Below, in pieces: positions 1 through 8,881 of a stretch of 64,000 bases of DNA. This DNA is from Candidatus Aenigmatarchaeota archaeon (lineage in GTDB: Archaea > Aenigmatarchaeota > Aenigmatarchaeia > CG10238-14 > SCSR01). Position 1 is the first letter of the stretch; the number at the start of each line of letters is the position of its first letter. Both the position numbers and the translations under genes were made by a program. The notes beneath the pieces were generated by a model that saw only the letters and a list, made by a program, of their open reading frames with translations, made no database searches and had not been told where the DNA came from. Where the stretch lies: the NCBI GenBank assembly GCA_038998335.1, contig JAVZHQ010000002.1:32001-96000 (forward strand). The letters are read 5' to 3'.

Positions 1-177
1 ATACTCCAAACCACAATCTGGACAAGAATAAATTTCACCATTCTCAACATCTTCTTCAACCTCTATAGTTCTGCCACAATCTAAGCACTGAAGCTTGTAC
101 TTTCCTATTTTTCTAATCCCCTTTATAGAGATTGGACGATTTTCTGGAAGTGCTACTTTATTCAAATAATTTTCCAT
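1..177 (-). CDS. LysW-like zinc-ribbon protein (3' end runs off the window)
   Basis: Not in the ORF track. Manual translation from ATG at 177: MENYLNKVALPENRPISIKGIRKIGKYKLQCLDCGRTIEVEEDVENGEIYSCPDCGLEY. The CxxC...GEIxxCPDCGxE pattern resembles LysW/ArgW carrier proteins. Confidence 0.65.
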   Translation of the reverse strand, partial: MENYLNKVALPENRPISIKGIRKIGKYKLQCLDCGRTIEVEEDVENGEIYSCPDCGLEY

Positions 178-352
178 ATCAATTTTATTTCTCACTTAAA
201 ATTAAAAAACATTTCCATTTTTCGTAACTAGCTTTTTGTTAGCGTAAATTTCGCTATTTTTTTAACATCTATCAGACTAATCCTTAAACACGATTAAGTT
301 TTAAAAAATTTGTAATATCAATCTTTATAAAATAAAAAAATAAATTAAAATT

Positions 353-1549
353 ATGAAACAACTCTTGATTATTTTAATTATTCTAATTCTTGCTGTTGTT
401 CTTGTGGCTGGTTACTATTTTGGAATAGAACTTGAAATTTTTAGAGATCCGGGACAAATACTTTTTGAAGCAATAGAAAAGTCATCAAAAATTGACAAGT
501 ACAGAATTAGTTATTCTGTTGGAGGTAGTATAGCTTTAGGAAGTATGGAAGTTTCGGTTAACGGAGACGCAACAATAGTAAAATTTGAAAATAAATATAA
601 AACTGTAGCTAATGTTTCTATGCCAAGTATGTTTGGAACTGGCACTACTTCAACATATTCAGAAACTTATATACTTCCTGAAGGAAATGTAAAATGTGAA
701 AAAGCTTCTCTAATAACTCAGAGATACTATTGCGTGGAAGTCGAACCATCGACAGGCTTTTCCCTTGGGGAAAGCATTTCATTCTCACCGCAAGCTCAAA
801 TAAACTTGCTTAAAGAATGGATGGAGAAGGGCATAATAAGAGTTTCAAACTTGGGTGTAAAATACATAATAAACAGAAAGTGCAATAATCTAAAATTTGA
901 TGTAGACCTTAACAAACTCATGCAAAATGTTACAGGTGGCTTCACGATTAAAGAGGGAGAAGCAAGTTTTACGATTGAAATGTGTTTAGATAAAGAGTAT
1001 GGTATGGCTTTAGAAACAAAGTATAATATTTGGATTAAAAACTTAATGGGAAATGAGCTTGAGTTTAAAACAAACATAGAAGCAACGAAACTAAGTTATG
1101 ATGTTAGTAGAAGTGATGTTGAACTTCCTGTTCCTATTAGCGAAGTTAAATGGTTACCTAAACTTTCCATAATGAGTTCAGAGTGTGAGGCTAACTCAAA
1201 TCTAGTAAAAGTTACTGTTAAAGCTAAAAAAGATATGCCAACAGGTCAAGCTCTTTTGAACATAACATGGGATGAGTACAAAGTAGGAGAAGGATTTAAA
1301 ACATACAGCTTAACTTCTTCAACACCTTTTCCAGGTGCACGAAGCGGTGAAACTAAAGAATTAAGTTTTACTCTTCAATCTCCTCTAAAAGAAAGTGAAA
1401 TCTACACTATAAAAGTTAAAATTGATGGTATCGAATCTGATACAGATTTATGCTATACTTGGAGTACAAGCATATACTCTTTAGGTTCGATAACAAGTTA
1501 TATGACAAGAATTGCTGAAAAATTTAGAAATATCACAAAAATATTCTAA
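353..1549 (+). CDS. Membrane-anchored surface protein, possible LolA/LppX-like beta-sheet domain plus C-terminal Ig-like domain
   Basis: 398 aa ORF with N-terminal hydrophobic anchor, alternating beta-strand pattern and paired Cys. Fold assignment is inference. Confidence 0.55.
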   Translation: MKQLLIILIILILAVVLVAGYYFGIELEIFRDPGQILFEAIEKSSKIDKYRISYSVGGSIALGSMEVSVNGDATIVKFENKYKTVANVSMPSMFGTGTTSTYSETYILPEGNVKCEKASLITQRYYCVEVEPSTGFSLGESISFSPQAQINLLKEWMEKGIIRVSNLGVKYIINRKCNNLKFDVDLNKLMQNVTGGFTIKEGEASFTIEMCLDKEYGMALETKYNIWIKNLMGNELEFKTNIEATKLSYDVSRSDVELPVPISEVKWLPKLSIMSSECEANSNLVKVTVKAKKDMPTGQALLNITWDEYKVGEGFKTYSLTSSTPFPGARSGETKELSFTLQSPLKESEIYTIKVKIDGIESDTDLCYTWSTSIYSLGSITSYMTRIAEKFRNITKIF

Positions 1550-1553
1550 GAAT

Positions 1554-2660
1554 TTATTCCAGAAGTTTTCCGTTCTCCATTATTAGTTTTTTATCAGCGT
1601 ATACAAAGCTATTCTTCATATCCTTAAAGAAATCCCAGTGAATAGTGGAATCATTTTTTCCGCCAAAGTGCCTATTTCTTCCTATTGCTAAATGAACAGT
1701 CCCTCTAACTTTTTCGTCAATTATTATTAGCCCGCCAGTAATTTTTGCTTTCGGGTTTGTTCCTATAGCAAATTCTGCTATTCTATCCTTATCACCAGAA
1801 GCGTTTTCTAAAACCTCTTCAAAACATTTCTTTCCTTTCTTTATATCATATTCTACAACTTTTCCTTTTTCAAACCTAAACCAAACACCTTCTACCTGCT
1901 TACCATAATGCCACATGCATGGCAAATCAAAATAGATTTCGCCGTTAGCTGAATTTTCAACAGGAGCACAAAAAACTTCTCCTTCTGGCAAGTTAATGTA
2001 GCCAAAATTTTCTTTCTCAATTATTCCACAAGAATTTATGAATTTTCTTCCTCTAATCGAAAATTTCAAGTCAGTTTGCTCGCCAACTATTCTGATTTCC
2101 TTTGCGTTTTGCAATTTTTTAATTAGCATTTTATTATACTCATAAAGCTTGAAGTAATTCACTTTCATACAATCCCAGAAAATCTTCTCTAAAGTTTTGA
2201 AAGGAAGCTTTAAAGCCTTGGCTACTTCCTTGTTCGGAAAACCTATCAAAGCTGTTCTAAGCTCTTTTCTCTTTTCTCTTCTTTCTTTCCTTTCTCTTAT
2301 AGGCTTGGTTACTTTCCTTCTTATTTCAATTTTCTTCTGAGGCAATTGTCTTGCAATGAAAGGGTTTGTATCATCTATTATTATTTCAACATCAGCAATT
2401 CTTGACAAAACATCAGCAAGCCTAGGAAAATTTTTCAAGTACTTTATTTTTATCGAGTTGTAAGTTTTAAGTGCTAATTCATCGCTCCCGTAAAAAATTG
2501 CTGGCTGGGCTCCAACCTTAGAAGCTTCTAAAGCCAAAGCTTCAGCAAACTTTAAAGACTTTGGACCAGCGTTTATTATTGTAATATCTTTTTCTTTTAC
2601 CCCAAGATTAATTCTGATTATTGTTCTTGCTATTCTTTGGAGTTCTTCCTCGTGCAGCAT
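1554..2660 (-). CDS. Aminopeptidase, M29 family (AmpS/AmpT-like)
   Basis: Motifs NLPEGEVFCAP, IAEFAIGTNP, DEKVRGTVHLAIG, STIHWD. Confidence 0.92.
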   Translation of the reverse strand: MLHEEELQRIARTIIRINLGVKEKDITIINAGPKSLKFAEALALEASKVGAQPAIFYGSDELALKTYNSIKIKYLKNFPRLADVLSRIADVEIIIDDTNPFIARQLPQKKIEIRRKVTKPIRERKERREKRKELRTALIGFPNKEVAKALKLPFKTLEKIFWDCMKVNYFKLYEYNKMLIKKLQNAKEIRIVGEQTDLKFSIRGRKFINSCGIIEKENFGYINLPEGEVFCAPVENSANGEIYFDLPCMWHYGKQVEGVWFRFEKGKVVEYDIKKGKKCFEEVLENASGDKDRIAEFAIGTNPKAKITGGLIIIDEKVRGTVHLAIGRNRHFGGKNDSTIHWDFFKDMKNSFVYADKKLIMENGKLLE

Positions 2661-2697
2661 ATTAATAATTTAAACTAAAGAATAATTTAATAGTTAA

Positions 2698-2797
2698 GCC
2701 CCTGTAGCTCAGTTTGGACAGAGCAGCGGCTTAAGTCTAGTTTAATGAGCTGCCGAACCTAAGCCGATGGTCGAGGGTTCAAATCCCTCCAGGGGCA
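2698..2797 (+). tRNA. tRNA-Arg(CCT) with 25-nt non-canonical intron at 33/34 (2733..2757)
   Basis: Acceptor GCCCCTG/CAGGGGC, D stem GCTC/GAGC with A20 (Arg identity), T arm GAGGG-TTCAAAT-CCCTC. Strict BHB: outer AG/CT, central CGGC/GCCG, bulges TT^A and AA^C, inner AGT/GCT. Splicing gives GCGGC-TT-CCT-AA-GCCGA (G27-A43 mismatch). Confidence 0.88.
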
Positions 2798-2985
2798 TTA
2801 GTATTTTCTGAATGTGGAAAAAACTATAACAAGCCCTATTTCTAAAGGCAAACCAAAAAGTTTTGAGAGATCGTTAGAAAGAAAATCAAGAGGCTGACTG
2901 TAGGCTATTATGCAATCCTTAAGCTTGCTTCCTACAATTAACTAATTAAACCAAAAATATTAAACTTTTAAGCTCAAAAGTTCAA

Positions 2986-3471
2986 ATGAAAATTATGCTG
3001 CCTTTAATAGTTGGAGTTCTTCTTTTACTAATAGCTGTATATATAGGAATAAAAATTCTAAAAAACATAATCCTAGGAATAATTCTTATTTTCTTAGTTC
3101 TTTTTGGTTCATTCCTTATCTTTGGTTCCGTTCCAAACTTAAGAGAAATTCCTTTTATTGGGCAGTTTCTTCCTTCAATTTCAGGGCCTCAAGACGTTAT
3201 TTTAGCGATAAAAAACATTCTTTATAGCATAGAAATTGTTGATGTTAGCAGAGATTCTCAAAACAATTTACTTATCGCAGTAGCTAACACAGGAAAACTA
3301 GAAGTTTCTCAGATAAAGGTTTTTATTGACAATCAAAGCGCAAGCATTCTTAATAAACCAAAAGACCCTTTAAAATCTGGAGAAATTACTCTTATCCAAA
3401 CAGATTGGAACCAAACTTTTTCTGAAATTTTAGTCCAAACAAAACAAGTAAACGCAACCTACAAAAGCTAA
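2986..3471 (+). CDS. Membrane protein with two N-terminal TM helices and a small C-terminal Ig/CARDB-like domain
   Basis: Hydrophobic N-terminus; IAVANTGK...IKVFIDN...PLKSGE pattern. Confidence 0.6.
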   Translation: MKIMLPLIVGVLLLLIAVYIGIKILKNIILGIILIFLVLFGSFLIFGSVPNLREIPFIGQFLPSISGPQDVILAIKNILYSIEIVDVSRDSQNNLLIAVANTGKLEVSQIKVFIDNQSASILNKPKDPLKSGEITLIQTDWNQTFSEILVQTKQVNATYKS

Positions 3472-3509
3472 CAATAATTTTATAAAAAACCAAATTATAA
3501 GAAGAGAAA

Positions 3510-6500
3510 ATGAAAAAATTTTTAATTTTTTGCTTTGCAGCAATACTTTTTTTAATCTTGTTAGAAGTTAGTTTTTCTTTATTTAACTCAAGCACAAGTG
3601 GAGAGTTTGATGTTAAAGCTTATGTTAGGCTAAGCCTTGATAATCACTTCACAGAAAATGTTTATGTAAACAATACTAAAGAGTATAATATTTCTGTAAC
3701 TTTTGATAATTCTTCTTCTGTTGAATTTCTCTACGGTCCTTTTAATTTTTTATTTTTACTTGTAGTCAATGACACAGGGGACTTTTCAAACGAAAATTAC
3801 ATTACAAACAATTCGTTAGTTAATTTTACTTTGATAGCATACTGTAATCAAACTTGCTTTCCTGGGAAATATAAAAGCAACTTCACAGTTTATAATTCAA
3901 CAAATTCAACAGAAAACACAACGGTAGAGGTGGAAGTTGATTGGCCCATACTTGTTAACGAAAATGGAACAGGTTTTTTCAATGGAACGTTTCCTTACAA
4001 ATCGGCAACTTATCATTCTTTTTTCTTTAACACAAGCAATATAACGAACTCTACTGGAGTGAGTATTTGGTTAATAGATGTAAACGAATATTTTAACGGA
4101 ACTGAAAATTTAGATGTTTTCCTTGTTGATAAGAACGGTAAACTCAAGGCTAAATCAATTGTTTCTGATATTTTCTGTACGAATGAGACCGAATGTTATA
4201 AGATAAAACCTTTAAGCTATAAGAACTTGCCAGAAAATGAAGTATGGGAAATAAGAATAGCAAATTCAAGCGAAACAGCTTCTTATTCTGGAATGCTAAC
4301 TTTAACCACTTTAAACGTAACTAATGAAAGTGAAATAATAGATGAAATTAATTTTGACGGGCTAAATTCAACTATAAACTTCAGAAGTACTGTTATACAA
4401 TTAAGAAACGAAGGTCAAAGGCCGCTTGAGGTTGATAGCGGCTTGGACTTTATAACATTTTATTACCTTAAAAGGTTTGAGGGTTCTGGACCCAAGGATT
4501 TTTACATTCTCTTGCCTGATAATGATGTAATAAACTATACTGATGTCTCTCTAGTTTGGAATGGAAACAGCGATTACTCGCTAAAAGTTTTTAACCCTCT
4601 AGGAAATCTCGTAGGCGAATCTAGCGACAAATCGATAAGTGCAAAAGTTTGTGATGTTGAAAGGGAAGAACTTGTAAGAATTACGCAAGAAAATATTTTA
4701 CCGGGTTATTGGAGAATAGCAGTTTCTAACTCAACGCCTTCTAACGACAGCTACAATCTCACAGTCTTCCTTTATCTTAACTCAAGGCAATGGTTCGAAA
4801 CAAACTTTTCCAAAATTGTTTTAAATTCTACTAACGTAACAGAAGTAAACATTACTTTAAAACTAGGGAAGTCTTACTTAGACGGAGAATATGGTGGAAA
4901 TATTAAATTTCTCCATAACGATTATGGTCTAGCTTGGGTAGAAGTTCCTGTTCACACCTTTGTTAATACTTCTATGCTTGTTGTAAACGGAACTTTTAAG
5001 ACAGGCTTGATAAAAATAAAGGAAAGTACAGATTTCAACATAACAAAAACTTTTAACGTAACAATAGAAAACCCAGGCTCTTACGAGCTTAAACTCAATT
5101 GCTCTAAACAAATTTTAAGAAATAAAAACAATCAAAACAAAACCATTGATTTAAAAGTTGAGTGCCCTTCTTCCATTCCTTCAAATTCTTCAGGCTTGTT
5201 AAACTTGACACTAGAAATCAACACTCTAAACACAAGCAACCTTCCAGGTTTGTATGAAGGCTGGATTTACTTAAATTCTTCAGAGGCTCAACCTTACAAT
5301 TATTTCAACCTCACGCTTCAAGTTAACTTGAGCAACGAATTAAACGTAAAAATTTATGACTTGAGAACTGCAGACAGCGATACGCAAGTAGAAGATTCAA
5401 ACTTGAGCGAAAACATAACCTTAATTTTCAACGTTACTCTTGCTAATAGCTCAAGCTTTGAAACTTTAACAAAGGATAACTTTAAAGTCAACCTTACTCA
5501 CACGAATGTTAGTTTTTCAAGATATTTTAACGTTTCAAACGCTAATAGCGAAATATTTAACGGAAACTACAGCGTTAACTTTACACTCCCAGCTAAATTC
5601 CCTGGAGGTTATTATAGTGTGATTTTAAACGTAACTTATGGAACTTTAAACGGAAAAGACATTTTCAATTATCTTTTCATCAACAACACTGCTTTAAGAC
5701 TAAGACTTCCTTCTTATGATTTCTCTGTTACAAATGGAAGTAGCTTCTTAGTTAATGTTTCTGTAGATAATTTTGGTCCTGTAAATGCGACTAATGCAAG
5801 AGTAAAAATTGTAATTGGGACTTATTGTTTAGCAAGCGTTAAGTTCCACTCTGGAAAATGTGAAGGTAGAGATGTGGTAAAGATTCAAGAAAGTGAAGTT
5901 GCTTTCAACTTAAGTGCTAATAAAATTAATTCATGTTATGTTGTTTGGAATGTAACCGCTGGCAACACCATAACTTCTTGCGACTCTCGAATAGAAGGAT
6001 ATAACGCAACATTTTTTGGAAACTTAACCTTTTGGACAACTGTAACCGAACAAACTGCTGGAGGCGGACCTGGAGGTGGAACACAACCATCTTACTTTTA
6101 TAATTTAACCTTTACAAAAGCTGAGAGGCTAATTATAGTTAAACAAAACTCGACAAACTCAACAATAGTAATAGTTAAAAACACAGGAAATGTTTCTCAA
6201 GAAGTATTCTTCGGAGTTCTGTACATTAACTCAAGTTGGTATAGAATTAACTCAACTAATGTAACTCTTGCTCCAAATCAAGAAGCTGCTTTTCTCGTTA
6301 ACTTTACTGTTGGTATGGAAGAACCAAAAGATTATACAGGAAGGTTTAGAGCTTATAGCTCAAACAACACAATAATTTCTGATTTTACCCTAAGAGTTTT
6401 GCCTTTAGTAACTTTAAACGAAAGTCAGATAAGGGAAATAAACGATACACTCTTGCTTTATGAAGTCCAAATGCTTAACCATTCTCTTCAAATAAACGCA

Positions 6501-6881
6501 AGTAGAGAAAAAGGTTATAATGTTTCTAGCGCGGAAGCGATTCTTTCAGAATTGAAAGAAAAAATAGAAGAGGCTAAAAATTACATTGCTCAAGGAAATT
6601 ATCCAGCTGCTCAAGCTTTATTCCCAAGAATCCAAGAATTGCTTAATCAACTAAAAGAAGAAATAGAAAAATTCACAAAACCAGAAAAAGGTTTTGACTG
6701 GATTTTAATCGTGATAATAATAGTTGCGATTATTGGAGTAATAATTCTAATCTATCTATTCTGGCCGACTAAAACTGGCTATATAGCTGAGAAGAAAAGA
6801 TACGTTTATAAACCAAAAAAAGAAAAGATAAGGAAAGAATTGAAAGAAAAATGGGAAAAAGCAACAAAAAGGGTAAAGTGA
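3510..6881 (+). CDS. Large surface/S-layer-like glycoprotein (PPC-like and Ig-like domains, helical stalk, C-terminal TM anchor)
   Basis: Signal peptide, very many N-x-S/T sequons, two PPC-like segments (LDVFLVDKNGK; YSLKVFNPLGN...PGYWRIAVS), GGGPGGG linker, C-terminal TM and basic tail. Confidence 0.75.
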   Translation: MKKFLIFCFAAILFLILLEVSFSLFNSSTSGEFDVKAYVRLSLDNHFTENVYVNNTKEYNISVTFDNSSSVEFLYGPFNFLFLLVVNDTGDFSNENYITNNSLVNFTLIAYCNQTCFPGKYKSNFTVYNSTNSTENTTVEVEVDWPILVNENGTGFFNGTFPYKSATYHSFFFNTSNITNSTGVSIWLIDVNEYFNGTENLDVFLVDKNGKLKAKSIVSDIFCTNETECYKIKPLSYKNLPENEVWEIRIANSSETASYSGMLTLTTLNVTNESEIIDEINFDGLNSTINFRSTVIQLRNEGQRPLEVDSGLDFITFYYLKRFEGSGPKDFYILLPDNDVINYTDVSLVWNGNSDYSLKVFNPLGNLVGESSDKSISAKVCDVEREELVRITQENILPGYWRIAVSNSTPSNDSYNLTVFLYLNSRQWFETNFSKIVLNSTNVTEVNITLKLGKSYLDGEYGGNIKFLHNDYGLAWVEVPVHTFVNTSMLVVNGTFKTGLIKIKESTDFNITKTFNVTIENPGSYELKLNCSKQILRNKNNQNKTIDLKVECPSSIPSNSSGLLNLTLEINTLNTSNLPGLYEGWIYLNSSEAQPYNYFNLTLQVNLSNELNVKIYDLRTADSDTQVEDSNLSENITLIFNVTLANSSSFETLTKDNFKVNLTHTNVSFSRYFNVSNANSEIFNGNYSVNFTLPAKFPGGYYSVILNVTYGTLNGKDIFNYLFINNTALRLRLPSYDFSVTNGSSFLVNVSVDNFGPVNATNARVKIVIGTYCLASVKFHSGKCEGRDVVKIQESEVAFNLSANKINSCYVVWNVTAGNTITSCDSRIEGYNATFFGNLTFWTTVTEQTAGGGPGGGTQPSYFYNLTFTKAERLIIVKQNSTNSTIVIVKNTGNVSQEVFFGVLYINSSWYRINSTNVTLAPNQEAAFLVNFTVGMEEPKDYTGRFRAYSSNNTIISDFTLRVLPLVTLNESQIREINDTLLLYEVQMLNHSLQINASREKGYNVSSAEAILSELKEKIEEAKNYIAQGNYPAAQALFPRIQELLNQLKEEIEKFTKPEKGFDWILIVIIIVAIIGVIILIYLFWPTKTGYIAEKKRYVYKPKKEKIRKELKEKWEKATKRVK

Positions 6882-7873
6882 AAAAAATGAACAAAAATTT
6901 AATTTTTTCTTTAGTCCCGAACGTCTTTTTCTTTTTAGCTTTAGTTTATTTGATTTTTTCTGGCTTAAACACTTCTAAAGCCGTGGAAGTTGAGTTTAAC
7001 AGCTTCTTGATTTTCTTTGAAAGTTTGGAAAAAATCGATGTCTTGAAAGGCATTATAGATTCTTTCACTTTTGTAATTTTTGAAGCAATAATCCCGCTTG
7101 CTCCCTTTTTATTTCTATTAGGCTTAGGTTTTTTCCTAACTTTTCTTTTTCTTGAAAAAATCAAACCTTACTTTTTTGTTTTTCAATTAATCCTTTTGGT
7201 TTTAATTTTACTCTACACAAGATTTTCAATAATAATCTTAACTTGTTTCTTAGGAATTTTGATTTCTAGCCTTGTTTTACTTAAAGCTACAGAAAAAGAA
7301 AAAAGAGGCTTTTCTTTCGTAAAATCTTTAATATCTAAACACCTTCATTTGGTTGTTTTTTTAATAGCTATAGGTCTATTCTTGAATTCTTACATCAAGT
7401 TCGAGAGTTATAAATCAACCGTTTTAGAAGCAAACATAAAGTTTGCAGAAAGAGTAGTTCCTGACGTAAAGAATTTGGAAAATGAACTGAAGAAAAGCCA
7501 TATAGACTTAATTAACAAAACTTGTGAAGGAATAAAAAGTGGTATGATAGAATCTTACCAAAAGTTTCCTCAGGATTTAAGGGAAAATTGCGAACAAGTT
7601 CATGACTCTTCGATTTTTGTTGTCAACACAGTAAAACAAGAAGTTATAGCTCAAATAAACTCTTGGAACATAACGGAAGAAAAAATTGAAATTATACCAA
7701 AACTATTTCCAATTCTTGAGCAAAGTGTAAAAATTACTCCTTTAATTCTTGCTGTTTCTTTTTATCTCTTAGCAAGATTTGAGAACTTTTTCATTTCCTT
7801 GCTCTTTGGTTTTTTAGGGTTTTTCCTTAAACCAAAAGAAAAAAAGCAAAAAGAGATTTTAAAAAAAGCATAA
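6878..7873 (+). CDS. Multi-pass membrane protein, unknown function
   Basis: Several hydrophobic helices. GTG at 6878 overlaps the upstream stop; alternative ATG at 6887. Confidence 0.65.
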   Translation: MKKMNKNLIFSLVPNVFFFLALVYLIFSGLNTSKAVEVEFNSFLIFFESLEKIDVLKGIIDSFTFVIFEAIIPLAPFLFLLGLGFFLTFLFLEKIKPYFFVFQLILLVLILLYTRFSIIILTCFLGILISSLVLLKATEKEKRGFSFVKSLISKHLHLVVFLIAIGLFLNSYIKFESYKSTVLEANIKFAERVVPDVKNLENELKKSHIDLINKTCEGIKSGMIESYQKFPQDLRENCEQVHDSSIFVVNTVKQEVIAQINSWNITEEKIEIIPKLFPILEQSVKITPLILAVSFYLLARFENFFISLLFGFLGFFLKPKEKKQKEILKKA

Positions 7874-7909
7874 AATTTATATATATAAAACAAGGTAAAA
7901 AGTGAATAT

Positions 7910-8230
7910 ATGTGGTTAGAATTCACTACATTGAGCCTTTCATCGTTTTTAGTAGCAGAGATATTTTACAGGTCTAAAATTAAAATCTTCTTAACCTTTC
8001 AAAGCTTAGAAAATGCAAGAAAAAATCTAATGAAAATAGCAGAAAGAATAAACAAAAAAGGAAGCTCAGGAGTTGTAGTAAGCATAGGAAACAAAACTTT
8101 TCACTTCCATCATTCAAGACTTGGTTGGATTTTGGCTGCAATTTCTATGGGAATCGCAAACCTTTATCTTTTTTCAGTTTCATTTGGATTAATTCTTCAT
8201 CATTTAATAAGGGAGAAAAAATTATTCTAG
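7910..8230 (+). CDS. Small membrane protein with HFHH and LHH histidine clusters
   Basis: 106 aa ORF with an AT-rich TATA-like sequence upstream; His clusters flank the TM helices. Confidence 0.6.
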   Translation: MWLEFTTLSLSSFLVAEIFYRSKIKIFLTFQSLENARKNLMKIAERINKKGSSGVVVSIGNKTFHFHHSRLGWILAAISMGIANLYLFSVSFGLILHHLIREKKLF

Positions 8231-8400
8231 AGCTTCATCTTAAGTTTTTCTAGAACATTTATTTGTTCATCTATTCTTTTTATCTCATTTTTTATCATTT
8301 CTTTCTGAGCAGAATCTTTTATTAAACCAAGCTTTGTGGTTAACTCTTTTTTCCTAATTTTTAACCTTTCAATTTCTTTTTCAGCATCTTCTGCTAGCAT
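8227..8400 (-). CDS. Small coiled-coil protein (57 aa)
   Basis: Not in the ORF track. MLAEDAEKEIERLKIRKKELTTKLGLIKDSAQKEMIKNEIKRIDEQINVLEKLKMKL. The ATG directly follows the TAA of 8401..8838. Confidence 0.7.
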   Translation of the reverse strand: MLAEDAEKEIERLKIRKKELTTKLGLIKDSAQKEMIKNEIKRIDEQINVLEKLKMKL

Positions 8401-8838
8401 TTAAACACCTGTTTGTTTTAAGTAAGATAAAAACATTTCGTAAACTGGTAAAGTAATTTTTGATTTAAAAACTGGCTCAAGCTTTGCAATTTCCTCAAAA
8501 CTTTCAGCCAAGCTAACTTTTTCTATCAAATCCTTGCCTTCCATAATAACACTCTGAGAAAGCTTTAAATCGATTTTAGAATAGCGTGAAGCTACTAGGC
8601 CAAGAATTTTATCTATGTTGCTTATTATTATTGCTTTATAACCTTCAAGAAACTTTTTTTCCAAACCTTTTGTGTTTAGTTCTCTTTTTATTTTCACAAG
8701 GGTTGGTTCGAGAATTTCATCTCTTGCTCTTAAAAGCAAATTATCGCAAAAGTTTAGCTGGAAACGCTTAGCATCAAAAAGCTCTTGGGTTGAGATGCAC
8801 AAAGCTATAGGAGTTATGTCAGCTAAGGTTATAGGCAT
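8401..8838 (-). CDS. Hypothetical helical protein
   Basis: 145 aa ORF with protein-like composition, divergent from aIF5B. Confidence 0.7.
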   Translation of the reverse strand: MPITLADITPIALCISTQELFDAKRFQLNFCDNLLLRARDEILEPTLVKIKRELNTKGLEKKFLEGYKAIIISNIDKILGLVASRYSKIDLKLSQSVIMEGKDLIEKVSLAESFEEIAKLEPVFKSKITLPVYEMFLSYLKQTGV

Positions 8839-8881
8839 ATTATCACTAATTAATTTATAACTTAAAATTGTTTAAATTGTT

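Noticed and set aside
2726-2753. Reading the first tRNA as Leu(AAG) with an 11-nt canonical intron
   Set aside because: It would need T37, an ANN anticodon unusual for archaea and a poorly paired variable arm. The 33/34 split gives a strict BHB, a normal loop and matches A20.
2798-2985. Intergenic stretch after tRNA-Arg as an ncRNA or small gene (also 26308..26442 and 52274..52460)
   Set aside because: No convincing ORF, stable structure or recognisable motif; possibly decayed gene remnants.
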